A stretch of 64,000 bases of DNA from Anaerovoracaceae bacterium (GTDB lineage: Bacteria; Bacillota; Clostridia; Peptostreptococcales; Anaerovoracaceae). Within the stretch, counting starts at the first letter, position 1. The number at the start of each line of letters is the position of its first letter. A program made the position numbers and the translations under genes. Of the stretch, positions 55,477-64,000 are shown one piece after another. The stretch covers positions 25,111-89,110 of the forward strand of contig JBJETB010000094.1 in the NCBI GenBank assembly GCA_051883095.1. The letters are read 5' to 3'. The notes under the pieces were generated by a model, which had not been told where the DNA came from, did no database searches, and saw nothing but the letters and a program-made list of their open reading frames with translations.

Positions 55477-56370
55477 ATGGACAGAGGATATGACGATTAT
55501 AAGAAACTGATAGACGAACATCTTCTGGATTTTATACCTAATATTGATAACAAGAGCATTTCATTGTATGAAGCGATGAAATACAGTCTTACTGCGGGAG
55601 GCAAACGTCTCAGACCTGTTCTTCTTCTCGCTGCCTGTGATTTTGCCGGCGGTGACATAAGAGAGGCGCTGCCTTATGCCTGCGCGATGGAGTATATACA
55701 CACCTATTCGCTGATTCATGATGACCTGCCTGCTATGGATAACGATGACCTCAGAAGAGGGCTGCCGACCAACCATAAAGTATATGGTGAAGCACTGGCA
55801 ATTCTGGCAGGAGACGGGCTTCTGACCACGGCTTTTGAAGCTATAAACAAGGACATGATGCTTTATTTTGATTCACCTGAAAAAATGACCAAGCGCATAA
55901 AGGCGGCTTATGAAATCGCAAAAGGAGCAGGATGCCGCGGCATGGTTGCAGGACAGGTTTCAGACATCGAAGGCGAGCACAACGAATATTCCAACGAAAT
56001 GCTGGAGTACATACATATAAACAAAACAGGTGCTCTTATAAAATCCGCAATAAGGGCAGGCCTGTATTTAGGTGAGCCTACGCCGTACATGCTTCAGAAT
56101 TTCGATATTTACGCTGAAAATCTGGGGCTTGCATATCAGATTGCTGACGATATTCTCGATGAGATCGGTGATCCTAAAGAACTTGGCAAGGCTGTCGGCT
56201 CAGACAAGAAGAAAAACAAGAATACCTATACCTCAATAAACGGGCTTGAAGCGGCACACAAACGTCTTGAAGAGCTTACAGACAATGCTGTTGAGGCCAT
56301 CGCATCTTACTATGACAATGCGGAATTTTTCAGGGATCTTGTACTTAAATTAAAAAACAGGAGAAAATAG
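55477..56370 (+). CDS. ispA: Polyprenyl (farnesyl/geranylgeranyl) diphosphate synthase
   Basis: Has the Asp-rich motifs DDLPAMDNDDLRRG and DDILD. Confidence 0.85.
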   Translation: MDRGYDDYKKLIDEHLLDFIPNIDNKSISLYEAMKYSLTAGGKRLRPVLLLAACDFAGGDIREALPYACAMEYIHTYSLIHDDLPAMDNDDLRRGLPTNHKVYGEALAILAGDGLLTTAFEAINKDMMLYFDSPEKMTKRIKAAYEIAKGAGCRGMVAGQVSDIEGEHNEYSNEMLEYIHINKTGALIKSAIRAGLYLGEPTPYMLQNFDIYAENLGLAYQIADDILDEIGDPKELGKAVGSDKKKNKNTYTSINGLEAAHKRLEELTDNAVEAIASYYDNAEFFRDLVLKLKNRRK

Positions 56371-56384
56371 GATAATTCATAGAA

Positions 56385-58265
56385 ATGAAAAAAAACATTC
56401 TTGATTACAATTTTCCGCTGGATTTAAAGACTATGACAGATGAGGAGCTTGAGCTGCTGTCTTATTCAATCAGAGAATTTCTCATCGATAAGGTGTCAAA
56501 AACGGGTGGTCATCTGGCTTCAAATCTCGGTGTAGTCGAACTCACCATCGCTCTCCATAAGGTATTTAACAGTCCTGTAGATAAAATAATATGGGACGTC
56601 GGTCATCAGTCTTATGTTCATAAGATTCTTACGGGCAGGGGCAGCCAATTTGACGGTCTTAGGAAGTTCGGAGGTTTAAGCGGGTTTCCAAAAGCTAATG
56701 AAAGTCCTCACGATGCGTACGACACAGGCCACAGCAGCACTTCTGTTTCTGCGGCTGCCGGCATGGCATGTGCGAGAGAATTAAAAGGCGAGGATTACGA
56801 GGTTGTTGCGGTCATCGGCGACGGATCTCTCACCGGCGGAATGGCTTACGAAGCAATGAACAATATAGGGGCATCCAAATCCAAAGTAATTGTCATACTT
56901 AACGATAACGGCATGTCCATTTCAAAAAATATAGGCGGTATATCGACTCATCTTGGAACCCTTAGGACTTCTAAGGGATATTTGAGTGCGAAAAAGTTTA
57001 TAAAAAACACCATCGGCTCCAGCGGAAGCGTGGGCAGCGCCATTGCAGGCGGTCTGGCAGGTTTTAAAAACGATATCAAGTATTCCATTATTGAAAAAGG
57101 CGGTGTTCTTTTCGAAGAGCTTGGTTTCACATATTTCGGACCTGTAGACGGTCACAATATCACCGACCTTGTTAACGTGCTGAACAGAGCAAAGGGCCTT
57201 GATGAGCCTGTGCTTATCCATGTTATAACTCAAAAAGGCAAAGGTTACAAAAACGCAGAGAAAGCACCCGGCAAGTTTCACGGAATAGGGCCTTTCGACA
57301 GGGAAACAGGCGAGGCACTGAAAAAAGCCGGCGGACCTTCCTATTCTGAAATAATGGGAAATCATCTGGTTGAACTTGCAGAAACAGATACACGTATTGC
57401 GGCCATTACAGCAGCTATGGGTGACGCCACAGGTCTTGGTCCTTTTGAGGAGAAATTTCCTGACAGGTTTTTTGATGTTGGCATAGCGGAGCAGCATGCG
57501 GTCAGCTTTGCTGCAGGCCTTGCAAAATGCGGTATTAAGCCTGTCTGTGCCATTTATTCATCTTTCCTGCAGCGAGCATATGACCAGATAATGGAGGATG
57601 TGTGCATGCAGAATCTTCCCGTGGTCTTTGCCATAGACAGGGCAGGTGTCGTAGGTGCTGACGGAGAGACTCACCACGGAATATATGATCTTTCATACCT
57701 TTTGACCATGCCGGAAATGACTGTACTCACACCTCATGACGGACCTAGTCTGGAGAAGGCCATAGATTATGCACTTAATCTCGGAAGGCCTGCTGCTGTA
57801 AGATATCCGCGAGGAGAAGCGAATAGTTATGATGATATAGACAATAAAGAAATTACGTCAACCAATTGTTCATCTATAAGAAACGAACGGGTTTTTGCAG
57901 GACATGATGTCGATATATGGGCATGCGGTAAAATGTACGATTTTGGCAGGAGAACAGCTGATATACTGAAGGAAAAGGGCATCGATGCCGGCCTTGTGGA
58001 TGTAGAAATTGTCAAACCCCTTGATATCACTGCACTTGATACAGGCTGCAGACTTGTTGTCACCCTTGAGGATAATGATGTATCCGGAGGTTTCGGTCTT
58101 CACATGGCAGGAACTTTAAGCGGCAGCGATACAGAAATTCTCAGTTTCGGCTGGCCTGATAAATTCATAGAGCAGGGAAGCTTCGAAGAACTGGCTCATA
58201 AATACGGCCTGATGCCGGAACAGATTGCAGAAAGGATATGTGAACATATTGAAGGAAAGGCTTGA
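56385..58265 (+). CDS. dxs: 1-deoxy-D-xylulose-5-phosphate synthase
   Basis: 626 aa. Has the TPP motif GDGSLTGGMAYEA. Confidence 0.95.
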   Translation: MKKNILDYNFPLDLKTMTDEELELLSYSIREFLIDKVSKTGGHLASNLGVVELTIALHKVFNSPVDKIIWDVGHQSYVHKILTGRGSQFDGLRKFGGLSGFPKANESPHDAYDTGHSSTSVSAAAGMACARELKGEDYEVVAVIGDGSLTGGMAYEAMNNIGASKSKVIVILNDNGMSISKNIGGISTHLGTLRTSKGYLSAKKFIKNTIGSSGSVGSAIAGGLAGFKNDIKYSIIEKGGVLFEELGFTYFGPVDGHNITDLVNVLNRAKGLDEPVLIHVITQKGKGYKNAEKAPGKFHGIGPFDRETGEALKKAGGPSYSEIMGNHLVELAETDTRIAAITAAMGDATGLGPFEEKFPDRFFDVGIAEQHAVSFAAGLAKCGIKPVCAIYSSFLQRAYDQIMEDVCMQNLPVVFAIDRAGVVGADGETHHGIYDLSYLLTMPEMTVLTPHDGPSLEKAIDYALNLGRPAAVRYPRGEANSYDDIDNKEITSTNCSSIRNERVFAGHDVDIWACGKMYDFGRRTADILKEKGIDAGLVDVEIVKPLDITALDTGCRLVVTLEDNDVSGGFGLHMAGTLSGSDTEILSFGWPDKFIEQGSFEELAHKYGLMPEQIAERICEHIEGKA

Positions 58266-59055
58266 TGTTTTACTTGTAAAAAAAGGCTTTTATCAGTCCA
58301 GAGAGAGGGCAAAGGCATCTATTATGGCCGGAATAGTCTATGTTGACGGACAGAAAAGCGATAAAGCAGGCAATATGATTGACACTGAGGCTGAAATCAC
58401 CGTAAAGGAAAACATCTGTCCATATGTGAGCAGGGGCGGTCTCAAGCTCGAAAAATCGATGAAAATATGGCCGATATCCCTCGAAGGCTCTGTGTGCATG
58501 GATATCGGCGCTTCCACAGGTGGTTTCACAGACTGCATGCTTCAGAACGGTGCATCAAAGGTTTATGCTGTAGATGTAGGCTATGGTCAGCTGGATTACA
58601 AGCTCAGGATAGACCCTCGTGTAGTAAACATGGAGAAGTGCAATATCAGGTATCTGGATTTTGATAAAATCGCAGAACCGATTGATTTTATCAGTATAGA
58701 TGTTTCCTTTATATCTCTTAAACTTGTTTTTCCCGTAGCATCAAAGCTTCTCGGCGATGATGGCCGCCTGGTCTGTCTGGTTAAACCTCAGTTTGAGGCA
58801 GGACGTGAGCAGGTGGGAAAGAAGGGCATAGTAAGAGATAAAAAAGTTCACAGACAGGTCATAGAAAATGTGATACAATATGCAGAAGATAACAGACTCA
58901 TCGCTTCCGGCCTTACATTCAGCCCTGTAACAGGAGCAAAAGGCAATATAGAATATCTGCTTTTCCTGACAAAACAGCCTGTCGATGGTTATTCTCCGGT
59001 CGATGAAGCCACAGTGGACAATGTTGTTAACGCCTCCCATGAGGAGTTAGAATAA
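58249..59055 (+). CDS. tlyA: TlyA-family 23S/16S rRNA (cytidine-2'-O)-methyltransferase
   Basis: S4 domain plus the FtsJ-like motif DIGASTGGFTDC. The TTG at 58249 gives the canonical MKERLDVLLV start. The track start at 58225 is the alternative. Confidence 0.8.
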   Translation: MKERLDVLLVKKGFYQSRERAKASIMAGIVYVDGQKSDKAGNMIDTEAEITVKENICPYVSRGGLKLEKSMKIWPISLEGSVCMDIGASTGGFTDCMLQNGASKVYAVDVGYGQLDYKLRIDPRVVNMEKCNIRYLDFDKIAEPIDFISIDVSFISLKLVFPVASKLLGDDGRLVCLVKPQFEAGREQVGKKGIVRDKKVHRQVIENVIQYAEDNRLIASGLTFSPVTGAKGNIEYLLFLTKQPVDGYSPVDEATVDNVVNASHEELE

Positions 59056-59087
59056 AAGATGTTAATTTTAAAAAAGGAGAGAAGAAA

Positions 59088-60278
59088 ATGAAACTATCAA
59101 AGAAAATTCAGGCTATGGAACTTTCACCAATCAGAAAATTTGTTCCATATGCAGACGCAGCAGTTGCCGCAGGAAAAAAGGTTTATCGCTTGAACCTGGG
59201 ACAGCCTGATATCAAGACACCGAAGGCTTTCTTCGACACAGTAAAGAACTTTGACCAGGAAGTATTGGCTTACGCCAACTCCCAGGGTGAAGCAAGCCTT
59301 CTGGAAGCTCTCGTAGGTTACTATAAGAGAATCGGCCTTGATTTCCAGAAGAAGGACCTTCTCATCACCAACGGCGGTTCAGAAGCTATCAACATGCTCA
59401 TGACTGCAATTCTTGACAATGATGATGAAGTTATTATGGCTGAGCCTTTCTACACCAACTACAAGACTTTCGTAGGTCAGGCAGGCGGTAAGGTTGTTGC
59501 AATTCCTACAACTGCTGAAGACGGATACCAGTACGCTGTAAGAGAAAAGATCGAAGGTGTTATCACTGATAAGACCAAAGCTATCTGCATCATCAACCCT
59601 GGCAATCCGACCGGTAAGGTTCTTACTCACGATGAAATGCAGCTTATCGTAGACATCGCTTTAGAGCACGATCTGTTCATCATCGCTGACGAAGTTTACA
59701 GAGAATTCACTTATGACGGAAAAGAAATGGCTACTTTCGGCTCCTTCAAGGAAGCAGAACAGAATGTAATCATCGTAGACTCCGTATCAAAGAGATTCTC
59801 CGCATGCGGTGCCAGAATCGGTTCCATCGCTTCCAAGAACGAAGAACTCATGGGCAACCTTATGAAGCTCTGCCAGGCAAGACTCTGCTGCCCGACTCTC
59901 GACATGCTTGGAGCTGCGGCTCTCTACAATCTTGACCCGTCATACTTCGACGACATCAAGAAGGAATACGAACACAGGAGAAACGTTTCCGTTGAAGCTC
60001 TTAAGGAAATCGAAGGAATCAAATTCGGAGTACCTGAAGGAGCATTCTACATCACCTGTCAGCTTCCTGTTGACAACGCAGAAAAATTCCTGATGTTCCT
60101 GCTTCAGGATTTCGATGTTAACGGCGAAACAGTTATGTTCGCACCTGCAGGCGGTTTCTTCGGAACCAAGGGCGTAGGTCAGTCAGACATAAGAATCGCT
60201 TACGTTCTCAAGGCTGAGGACATGAAGGCCGGTATCAACATCATCAAAGAAGGTATCAAGGCTTACAACGCAAGATAG
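59088..60278 (+). CDS. Class I/II PLP-dependent aminotransferase (aspartate-aminotransferase-like)
   Basis: 396 aa. Has a PLP-lysine motif SVSKRFSACGARIG. Confidence 0.85.
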   Translation: MKLSKKIQAMELSPIRKFVPYADAAVAAGKKVYRLNLGQPDIKTPKAFFDTVKNFDQEVLAYANSQGEASLLEALVGYYKRIGLDFQKKDLLITNGGSEAINMLMTAILDNDDEVIMAEPFYTNYKTFVGQAGGKVVAIPTTAEDGYQYAVREKIEGVITDKTKAICIINPGNPTGKVLTHDEMQLIVDIALEHDLFIIADEVYREFTYDGKEMATFGSFKEAEQNVIIVDSVSKRFSACGARIGSIASKNEELMGNLMKLCQARLCCPTLDMLGAAALYNLDPSYFDDIKKEYEHRRNVSVEALKEIEGIKFGVPEGAFYITCQLPVDNAEKFLMFLLQDFDVNGETVMFAPAGGFFGTKGVGQSDIRIAYVLKAEDMKAGINIIKEGIKAYNAR

Positions 60279-60330
60279 TTTACATTTTATACACATACAT
60301 TTTATTAAGGAAAAACAAAGGAGATTTTAT

Positions 60331-62925
60331 ATGAAGTTATCGCCTATGATGGAGCAGTATATGAAAATCAAAGAAGAATATAACGATTGTATTCTGTTTT
60401 TCAGACTGGGTGATTTCTATGAGATGTTCTTTGATGACGCGATTTTAGCGTCGAAGGAATTAGAATTAACATTGACCGGAAAAAGCTGCGGACAGGAGGA
60501 AAGGGCTCCCATGTGCGGAGTCCCTTTCCACGCAGCTGAGAGCTATATCTCAAAGCTTGTGGAAAAAGGCTATAAGGTAGCCATCTGCGAGCAGACTGAG
60601 GATCCGGCTCAGGCAAAGGGAATAGTTAAAAGAGAGGTTATACAGGTTGTAACCCCGGGTACGCTTACATCTCAATCCATGCTTTCAGAAAAGGAAAACA
60701 ATTATCTTGCCGCAGTCTGGGCCGATGGAGAGGCCATGTCTGTGGCTTATTGTGATGTTTCCACCGGGGAATTATATCTTACAGAATACAACGGAGAGGA
60801 TTTATATGCAGCAATATTAAATGAGCTGGTAAAAATCAAGGCCCGTGAGATAATCTGCAGCAATGATTTTGCAGAGCAATATTCCCTTGATGAAATAAAG
60901 CACGCTACCGAGGCATATATAAACATTCTCAGCGACGAGTTCTTTTCACGCAAGGGTGCTGAAGATGCCATCAAGGCTCATTTCAACTGCATTTCTCTTA
61001 CCGGACTGGGGCTTGATTTCAGACCAAGAGCAGTGCTTTCTCTCGGCGCACTCCTGAGCTATCTCTTTGAGACTCAGAAACAGAATCTTTCCCACATTAC
61101 ACATATTAACCATTATCAGATAGGCACTCACATGGCTTTAGACAAGGCCACTATAAGAAATCTTGAAATCACAGAGACTCTCTATGAGAAGAAAGTTCAG
61201 GGATCTCTTCTTGGAATTCTTGATAAGACCCATACGGCCATGGGAAGCCGTAAAATGCGTCAGTGGCTCAGAGAGCCTCTTAACAATTCATCAGAAATCA
61301 ATCAGCGTCTGGACGGGGTGGAGGAACTGTATTCCAACCTGCTCATGCGTAATAACATAAAAGAAAGCCTTAAACACATATATGACTTTGAAAGGCTGGC
61401 AGGCCGCATAGCATGTGGCAATGCCAACGGCAAGGATCTGATCGCCCTCAGAAATTCCATCGCTGTCCTGCCTGAAATCAAGTCAGAGCTTGGGACTGCC
61501 TGCTCAGAAATATTAATTCATTTAAATGACGAAATCGACTGTCTCACAGACATTTACAATATTATAGACAAAGCAATCTGCGAAGAACCGCCTTTTGTTA
61601 TCAAAGAAGGCGGTCTGATTAAAGAAGGTTATTCAGAAGAGCTTGACAACCTTAAGTTTTCAATAAAAGACGGCAAGACCTGGATATCAAACCTTGAAAA
61701 TACCGAAAGAGAACGTACAGGCATTAAAAATCTTAAGGTTGGATACAATCGCGTTTTCGGCTATTACCTGGAAGTAACACGCTCATATTTCGACCTGATT
61801 CCGGAAAACTACATAAGAAAGCAGACCCTTGCCAATGCCGAACGTTTCATAACCCCTGAGCTAAAAGAAATGGAGAATCTTGTTCTTAATGCGGAGACCA
61901 AGATCAATCAGATGGAATATGAGCTGTTCACTGAGGTAAGAAGCTTTATCCAGGGATATATTGCAGAAATCCAGAAAACATCTGCGGCAATTTCAACGCT
62001 GGATGTTCTTGCTTCATTTGCTCATGTCAGCGAGCGTCACGGCTATGTTAAACCTGTAATAGATGATTCCATGGAAATAGAAATCGTGAAAGGCCGTCAT
62101 CCTGTAATAGAACAGGCTGTTTCGGACGGATTATTTGTTTCCAATGACACATATATCAACGATGACGATGCAAGCATGCTCCTTATAACAGGACCTAATA
62201 TGGCCGGTAAATCAACATATATGAGGCAGACAGCACTGATAGTCCTTATGGCTCAGGCAGGATGCTTCGTTCCATGCGAGATGGCCAGAATCGGTGTCGT
62301 GGACAGAATATTCACACGAATCGGAGCATCGGATAATCTGGCTCAGGGGCAGTCCACCTTCTTTGTGGAAATGAGCGAGCTGGCATATATTTTAAACAAT
62401 GCTCGCACCCGCAGTCTTATTATTCTTGACGAGATTGGCAGAGGCACCAGCACCTACGACGGTCTTTCCATCGCATGGGCAGCAGTAGAGCATCTCTGCA
62501 ATGAAAAAACTCATATAAGAACTCTTTTCGCTACCCATTACCATGAGCTTACCGTGCTGGAAGAGCAGATAAACGGAGTAAAAAACCTTAACGTTGATGT
62601 TGCCGAACAGAACGGCAACATAGTCTTTCTACATAAAATAGTGGAAGGCTCAGCCAGCAGAAGCTACGGAATTCACGTGGCCAAGCTTGCAGGAATACCG
62701 CGCAGTCTTCTGGAAAGAGCCCAGGAAAAGCTTTCAGAACTTGAAAACGGCAGCAGTGTTCCTGTAAAATCTTCAGCTGTTCCAAGATTCGAAGAGCCTG
62801 CTCAGCTTTCATTCTTCGCGCCTGACCCTGTGGCCGAAAAGATTAGGGCTCTTAACCTGATGGAAATAACGCCTTCACAGGCCATCAAAATACTTGAGGA
62901 ATTAAAGGAAGAAATCCATGATTAA
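60331..62925 (+). CDS. mutS: DNA mismatch repair protein MutS
   Basis: 864 aa. Has Walker A motif GPNMAGKST and an N-terminal mismatch-binding domain. Confidence 0.95.
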   Translation: MKLSPMMEQYMKIKEEYNDCILFFRLGDFYEMFFDDAILASKELELTLTGKSCGQEERAPMCGVPFHAAESYISKLVEKGYKVAICEQTEDPAQAKGIVKREVIQVVTPGTLTSQSMLSEKENNYLAAVWADGEAMSVAYCDVSTGELYLTEYNGEDLYAAILNELVKIKAREIICSNDFAEQYSLDEIKHATEAYINILSDEFFSRKGAEDAIKAHFNCISLTGLGLDFRPRAVLSLGALLSYLFETQKQNLSHITHINHYQIGTHMALDKATIRNLEITETLYEKKVQGSLLGILDKTHTAMGSRKMRQWLREPLNNSSEINQRLDGVEELYSNLLMRNNIKESLKHIYDFERLAGRIACGNANGKDLIALRNSIAVLPEIKSELGTACSEILIHLNDEIDCLTDIYNIIDKAICEEPPFVIKEGGLIKEGYSEELDNLKFSIKDGKTWISNLENTERERTGIKNLKVGYNRVFGYYLEVTRSYFDLIPENYIRKQTLANAERFITPELKEMENLVLNAETKINQMEYELFTEVRSFIQGYIAEIQKTSAAISTLDVLASFAHVSERHGYVKPVIDDSMEIEIVKGRHPVIEQAVSDGLFVSNDTYINDDDASMLLITGPNMAGKSTYMRQTALIVLMAQAGCFVPCEMARIGVVDRIFTRIGASDNLAQGQSTFFVEMSELAYILNNARTRSLIILDEIGRGTSTYDGLSIAWAAVEHLCNEKTHIRTLFATHYHELTVLEEQINGVKNLNVDVAEQNGNIVFLHKIVEGSASRSYGIHVAKLAGIPRSLLERAQEKLSELENGSSVPVKSSAVPRFEEPAQLSFFAPDPVAEKIRALNLMEITPSQAIKILEELKEEIHD

Positions 62926-64000
62926 AGTTCTCGAAAAAAATGTAGCAGATAAAATTGCTGCAGGAGAAGTCATAGAGCGTCCCATTTCCATAGTCAAGGA
63001 ACTTGTAGAAAACGCTCTTGACGCAGGCGCCGACAACCTGGTAGTAGAGATAAAAAACGGCGGCAAAACCTATATAAGAGTGACCGATAATGGCTGTGGA
63101 ATCCCGTGTGAAGAGGCTGAAACAGCCTTTCTTCGTCATGCCACCAGCAAAATTGAAACTGCTTCCGACCTTGACGCCATCTACACTCTAGGCTTCAGAG
63201 GAGAGGCACTTGCATCCATAGCGGCGGTAACCAGAACTGAGCTTGTTACCAAGACAGCTGACAGTAAGACGGGAACAAGACTGGTACTGCATGGAGGAAA
63301 TGTAATCCTTAAAGAGCAGACAGGATGTCCGGATGGTACCACAATAGTGGTAACGGATTTATTTTACAATACTCCTGCACGTCTGAAGTTTATGAAAACC
63401 GATTCGGCAGAAAGCGGACTTATAATAGATTTTATATCACAGATGGCGCTTGCCTACAAGAACGTTAAATTCCGCCTTATCAACAACGGCAAAATTCTAT
63501 TCTCAACCCTTGGCGACGGAAACAGGCTGAATACTATTCTCAGAGTATACAGCGATGTGGATGCACGTAACATGGTTCCGGTAAGCCAGAAAGAAGATGG
63601 TATAGAAATAGAAGGCTATATTTCAACACCAGCCTTCAGCAAGACAACCCGCGGAAGCCAGATTTATTTCGTAAACGGAAGGGTAGTAGGCAGCAAGATC
63701 ATAGAAAGAGGCGTTACTGCAGGATATAAGGAGCGTTTGTTTGAAGGCAGATATCCTGTCACTTATCTTTTCCTGCGTATAGATCCGCATACTATAGACG
63801 TTAACATTCATCCGAACAAGAGAGAAGTGAGATTTGATCAGGAGGCGCTGGTTACTGATTTTATTTCCCGGGCAATCAGGGATGCTCTGGCCACAAAGGA
63901 TGCTGTTGTAGATGCGGGCAATCTTTTCAGGGATATGGACAAGAAAATAAGTCCTTCAAAAGTATATGAAAGAGTGTTTGAACCTTTCAGAGAAAAGGAG
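62918..64000 (+). CDS. mutL: DNA mismatch repair protein MutL (partial; continues beyond the right edge)
   Basis: The ATG at 62918 overlaps the mutS stop by 8 nt. MIKVLEKNVADKIAAGEVIERPISIVKELVENALDAG is the GHKL ATPase N-terminus. No stop in-window. Confidence 0.9.
   Translation, partial: MIKVLEKNVADKIAAGEVIERPISIVKELVENALDAGADNLVVEIKNGGKTYIRVTDNGCGIPCEEAETAFLRHATSKIETASDLDAIYTLGFRGEALASIAAVTRTELVTKTADSKTGTRLVLHGGNVILKEQTGCPDGTTIVVTDLFYNTPARLKFMKTDSAESGLIIDFISQMALAYKNVKFRLINNGKILFSTLGDGNRLNTILRVYSDVDARNMVPVSQKEDGIEIEGYISTPAFSKTTRGSQIYFVNGRVVGSKIIERGVTAGYKERLFEGRYPVTYLFLRIDPHTIDVNIHPNKREVRFDQEALVTDFISRAIRDALATKDAVVDAGNLFRDMDKKISPSKVYERVFEPFREKE

Overview
This is a gene-dense (about 90% coding) chromosomal segment, almost entirely plus-strand. 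By inference it comes from a low/mid-GC endospore-forming Firmicute (Clostridia-like). Most of it is conserved housekeeping in Bacillus/Clostridium-like synteny. In order: yebC, polA-coaE, tRNA-Leu-yajC-secDF-relA-dtd, hemZ-hisS-aspS, nadD-yqeK-rsfS-leuS, rnj, efp, mltG-trmR-U32, spoIIIAA-AH, asp23-nusB, xseAB-ispA-dxs-tlyA and mutSL. Many junctions overlap by 7-17 nt, which suggests translational coupling.

I see no CRISPR array, transposase, integrase, prophage or recognisable defence system.

The items that go beyond routine annotation are:
- An unannotated ~190-nt rod-shaped RNA with 6S-RNA architecture at 5505-5692.
- A three-gene NuoE-like / NuoF-like / giant fusion flavo-iron-sulfur operon at 35130-40893. 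Its architecture matches an Stn-type (HydBC-based, GltD-containing) bifurcating transhydrogenase rather than a hydrogenase or formate dehydrogenase.
- A 1408-aa double-activase/dehydratase-like fusion protein.
- A small accessory islet at about 40990-48050. It holds a GNAT gene, an XRE-Zn-ribbon regulator, a stand-alone lipoprotein signal-peptide mini-gene, a decayed cyclase gene, a 1094-aa repeat-rich sortase-type surface protein and a lone minus-strand M20 amidohydrolase.
- A conspicuously shortened spoIIIAF/AG pair.

Three small genes below the 60-aa cutoff of the ORF track were added: xseB, a short spoIIIAF, and the mini-lipoprotein. The two edge-truncated genes were also added. Several track N-termini were trimmed to the start codon that has a Shine-Dalgarno sequence. 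All functional calls rest on motif recognition by eye. No database search was run.
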